Part shown: piece after piece, positions 62,531 to 64,000 of the stretch
Position numbering within the stretch: position 1 is the first letter of the stretch
How the letters are laid out: every line of letters starts with the position of its first letter
Assembly (NCBI GenBank): GCA_963674865.2
Contig: CAXXYE010000009.1
Coordinates: forward strand, 1,216,001-1,280,000
DNA length: 64,000 bases
Direction of reading: 5' to 3'
Source: Candidatus Hydrogenedentota bacterium
GTDB lineage: Bacteria; Hydrogenedentota; Hydrogenedentia; Hydrogenedentales; SLHB01
The notes under the pieces: model-generated
Database searches by the model: none
The model's input: the letters and a program-made list of their open reading frames with translations, nothing else
What the model was told of the DNA's origin: nothing
Made by a program: the position numbers and the translations under genes

Positions 62531-63648
62531 TCGCGCCCTCCCAGACTCTCCCGGACTTCGCCGGTATTCTTCTCCCCCGCAAGGCCCTCGGCAATGTCCT
62601 GGGAAATCCCGCTTAGGCCCTCGCGCACGTCCGTGATCACGTCCTTGAAGCTCTTCTTGATGGCGTCCTCCTCCGTTTCGTCGAATCCGAATTCGTTCGT
62701 AACGGTGTAGGTGGGCTGCCAGGATTCGGCCTTGATGAAGAAGACGAGTTCCCGGCGGCCTTCGCTCTTGGCGCGGTTCCCCAGGGTGGACGAAACGGGC
62801 GAGGCGAGAAATTCCCCGGGGATGACTCGCTCCGCCATCCCGACGGCCATGTCCTCGGCCGTGCCCAGCCACGGCAGCGTCGAGAGGCTCTTGGTCTTGG
62901 TATTGCGGAATAGGCCGCCGAGCATAAGGACCTGGCCGTGGCGAACATATACGTCTGTCTTGATCTGACGTGATACGATTTCAGGAACCTGGATGCGATT
63001 GTCGGTGTCGCCTACAAGTTGGTCGTCCAGGGAGACAACGATCTTCGTGCCCAACTCCTTGACGGACGCGTCGACTTTCAGGTTGATATACTGATCGTCG
63101 GTTGTATTCACCCAGTCCCCGTCATCGTCGATGATATCCGGCACCGTGATGTTCAGCGTCACGCCTGTGTCGATCCATTTGGTTGTCTGGACCGCCGTGG
63201 AGCCGACGACTACCGTGTCTTCATAGGGAACCTTCTGGCCGGTCGTGATCTGGGCTGGTGTGTCCGCACCCCGGACAACCGTGATCTTGGGACGGGAGAG
63301 GATAAAGGCCCGGCTTTCCTCGGCCAAGGCTTGAAGGACGATCTCAACGTCCCCTTCGCTCATGCGAAGACGGTCCAGGAACACGGTGATGGTGGGCGAT
63401 AGGACCGGGAAGGTGATGTCGGCCGTTCGCACTGCCCCATTGCCGCTCGTGACGCGCCCGTAGTCGCGCCACTCATCTCGCCGCAGGAAATAGGCGCTCA
63501 TGCCGGTTTCAACGCCTTCTTCCGTCTGGAACTCGACGACCTTCACCGAGACAATGACCTGTTCCGGTTTGCCTTGTTCAGCGGATTGCGCTTGGGCGCC
63601 GAAGCAGCCCCATAGACTTAAGGCGATGACGAGGCTTATTCGTTTCAA
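62527..63648 (-). CDS. Minimal secretin paralogue (secretin domain only)
   Basis: TTG start, signal peptide, QVIVSVKVVE, SRPKITV, DTGVTLNIT, GQVLMLGGL, LPWLG, RELVFFIKA. Confidence 0.8.
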   Translation of the reverse strand: MKRISLVIALSLWGCFGAQAQSAEQGKPEQVIVSVKVVEFQTEEGVETGMSAYFLRRDEWRDYGRVTSGNGAVRTADITFPVLSPTITVFLDRLRMSEGDVEIVLQALAEESRAFILSRPKITVVRGADTPAQITTGQKVPYEDTVVVGSTAVQTTKWIDTGVTLNITVPDIIDDDGDWVNTTDDQYINLKVDASVKELGTKIVVSLDDQLVGDTDNRIQVPEIVSRQIKTDVYVRHGQVLMLGGLFRNTKTKSLSTLPWLGTAEDMAVGMAERVIPGEFLASPVSSTLGNRAKSEGRRELVFFIKAESWQPTYTVTNEFGFDETEEDAIKKSFKDVITDVREGLSGISQDIAEGLAGEKNTGEVRESLGGRE

Positions 63649-63658
63649 AACGACACCC

Positions 63659-64000
63659 TTATCGTTGGAATGTGGCCGTGCATTCGTACTTCTGGATGTT
63701 GACCGTATCATCGAGATCGCTGAACCGGACGCTGAAAGCGCGCGTTTCCTTGGGATTCATGCGGCCGATGTTGACGGTGTTGGTTGCATAGACAACGTTG
63801 CCAAATCCGTATACGGTGACAATGACCTGTACGCCGTAAAGTACACTGTCGCTCCGGTTCACAACCTGCCCCGTGACAACATGGCGGCGGTATTCGCGGG
63901 CGATGCGGTCGCGTCCGGCGCGATAGGTGTACTCGTTGAAGACAACGAGAGGCTTCTCCGCAATTTGCCTGCGTTCCATCTCAGACGGCGTCAGGATGAC
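63659..64000 (-). CDS. FxLYD-like Ig-fold protein (5'-partial)
   Basis: VTGQVVNRS...GVQVIVTVY...MNPKETRAFSVRF; frame runs off the window end. Confidence 0.6.
   Translation of the reverse strand, partial: VILTPSEMERRQIAEKPLVVFNEYTYRAGRDRIAREYRRHVVTGQVVNRSDSVLYGVQVIVTVYGFGNVVYATNTVNIGRMNPKETRAFSVRFSDLDDTVNIQKYECTATFQR

Overview
High-GC bacterial chromosomal window with about 50 CDS; no rRNA, tRNA or CRISPR array was seen. The organism is a diderm (lnt, MCE/Mla, secretins). Multiple UroD-family paralogues, dockerin-tailed exoproteins and Cys-type C-terminal tails suggest Candidatus Hydrogenedentota (inference only). In order: UroD-family protein (5'-partial), HAL2-like nucleotidase, creBC-unknown-creD with a fourfold cre-tag, an FHA-GAF-PP2C/RsbW/STAS partner-switching module coupled to an mlaE-mlaF-mlaD-pqiC-like lipid transporter, PilZ protein, LysM amidase, sulfatase-like protein, putative novel CAZyme, acidic coiled-coil protein plus orphan ftsA, UDG, squalene synthase, UroD plus GH29, GAF-like protein plus hybrid kinase, a long minus-strand run (ROK, PIG-L, Btu/Fec ABC, UroD, DapA-like, MFS, glutaredoxin), a surface-protein gene split by an IS200 element, PilT-like ATPase, DUF1015, M4 protease with dockerin, BNR-4 protein, murJ, lnt and two tandem secretins lacking N-domains. 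Best candidates for new biology: (1) a sigma-less partner switch whose STAS protein may be a phospho-regulated MlaB-like subunit of the MCE transporter; (2) the pair of minimal secretins; (3) NrdR-like boxes over the promoters of cell-wall/division genes. All calls come from reading motifs by eye; no searches were run.
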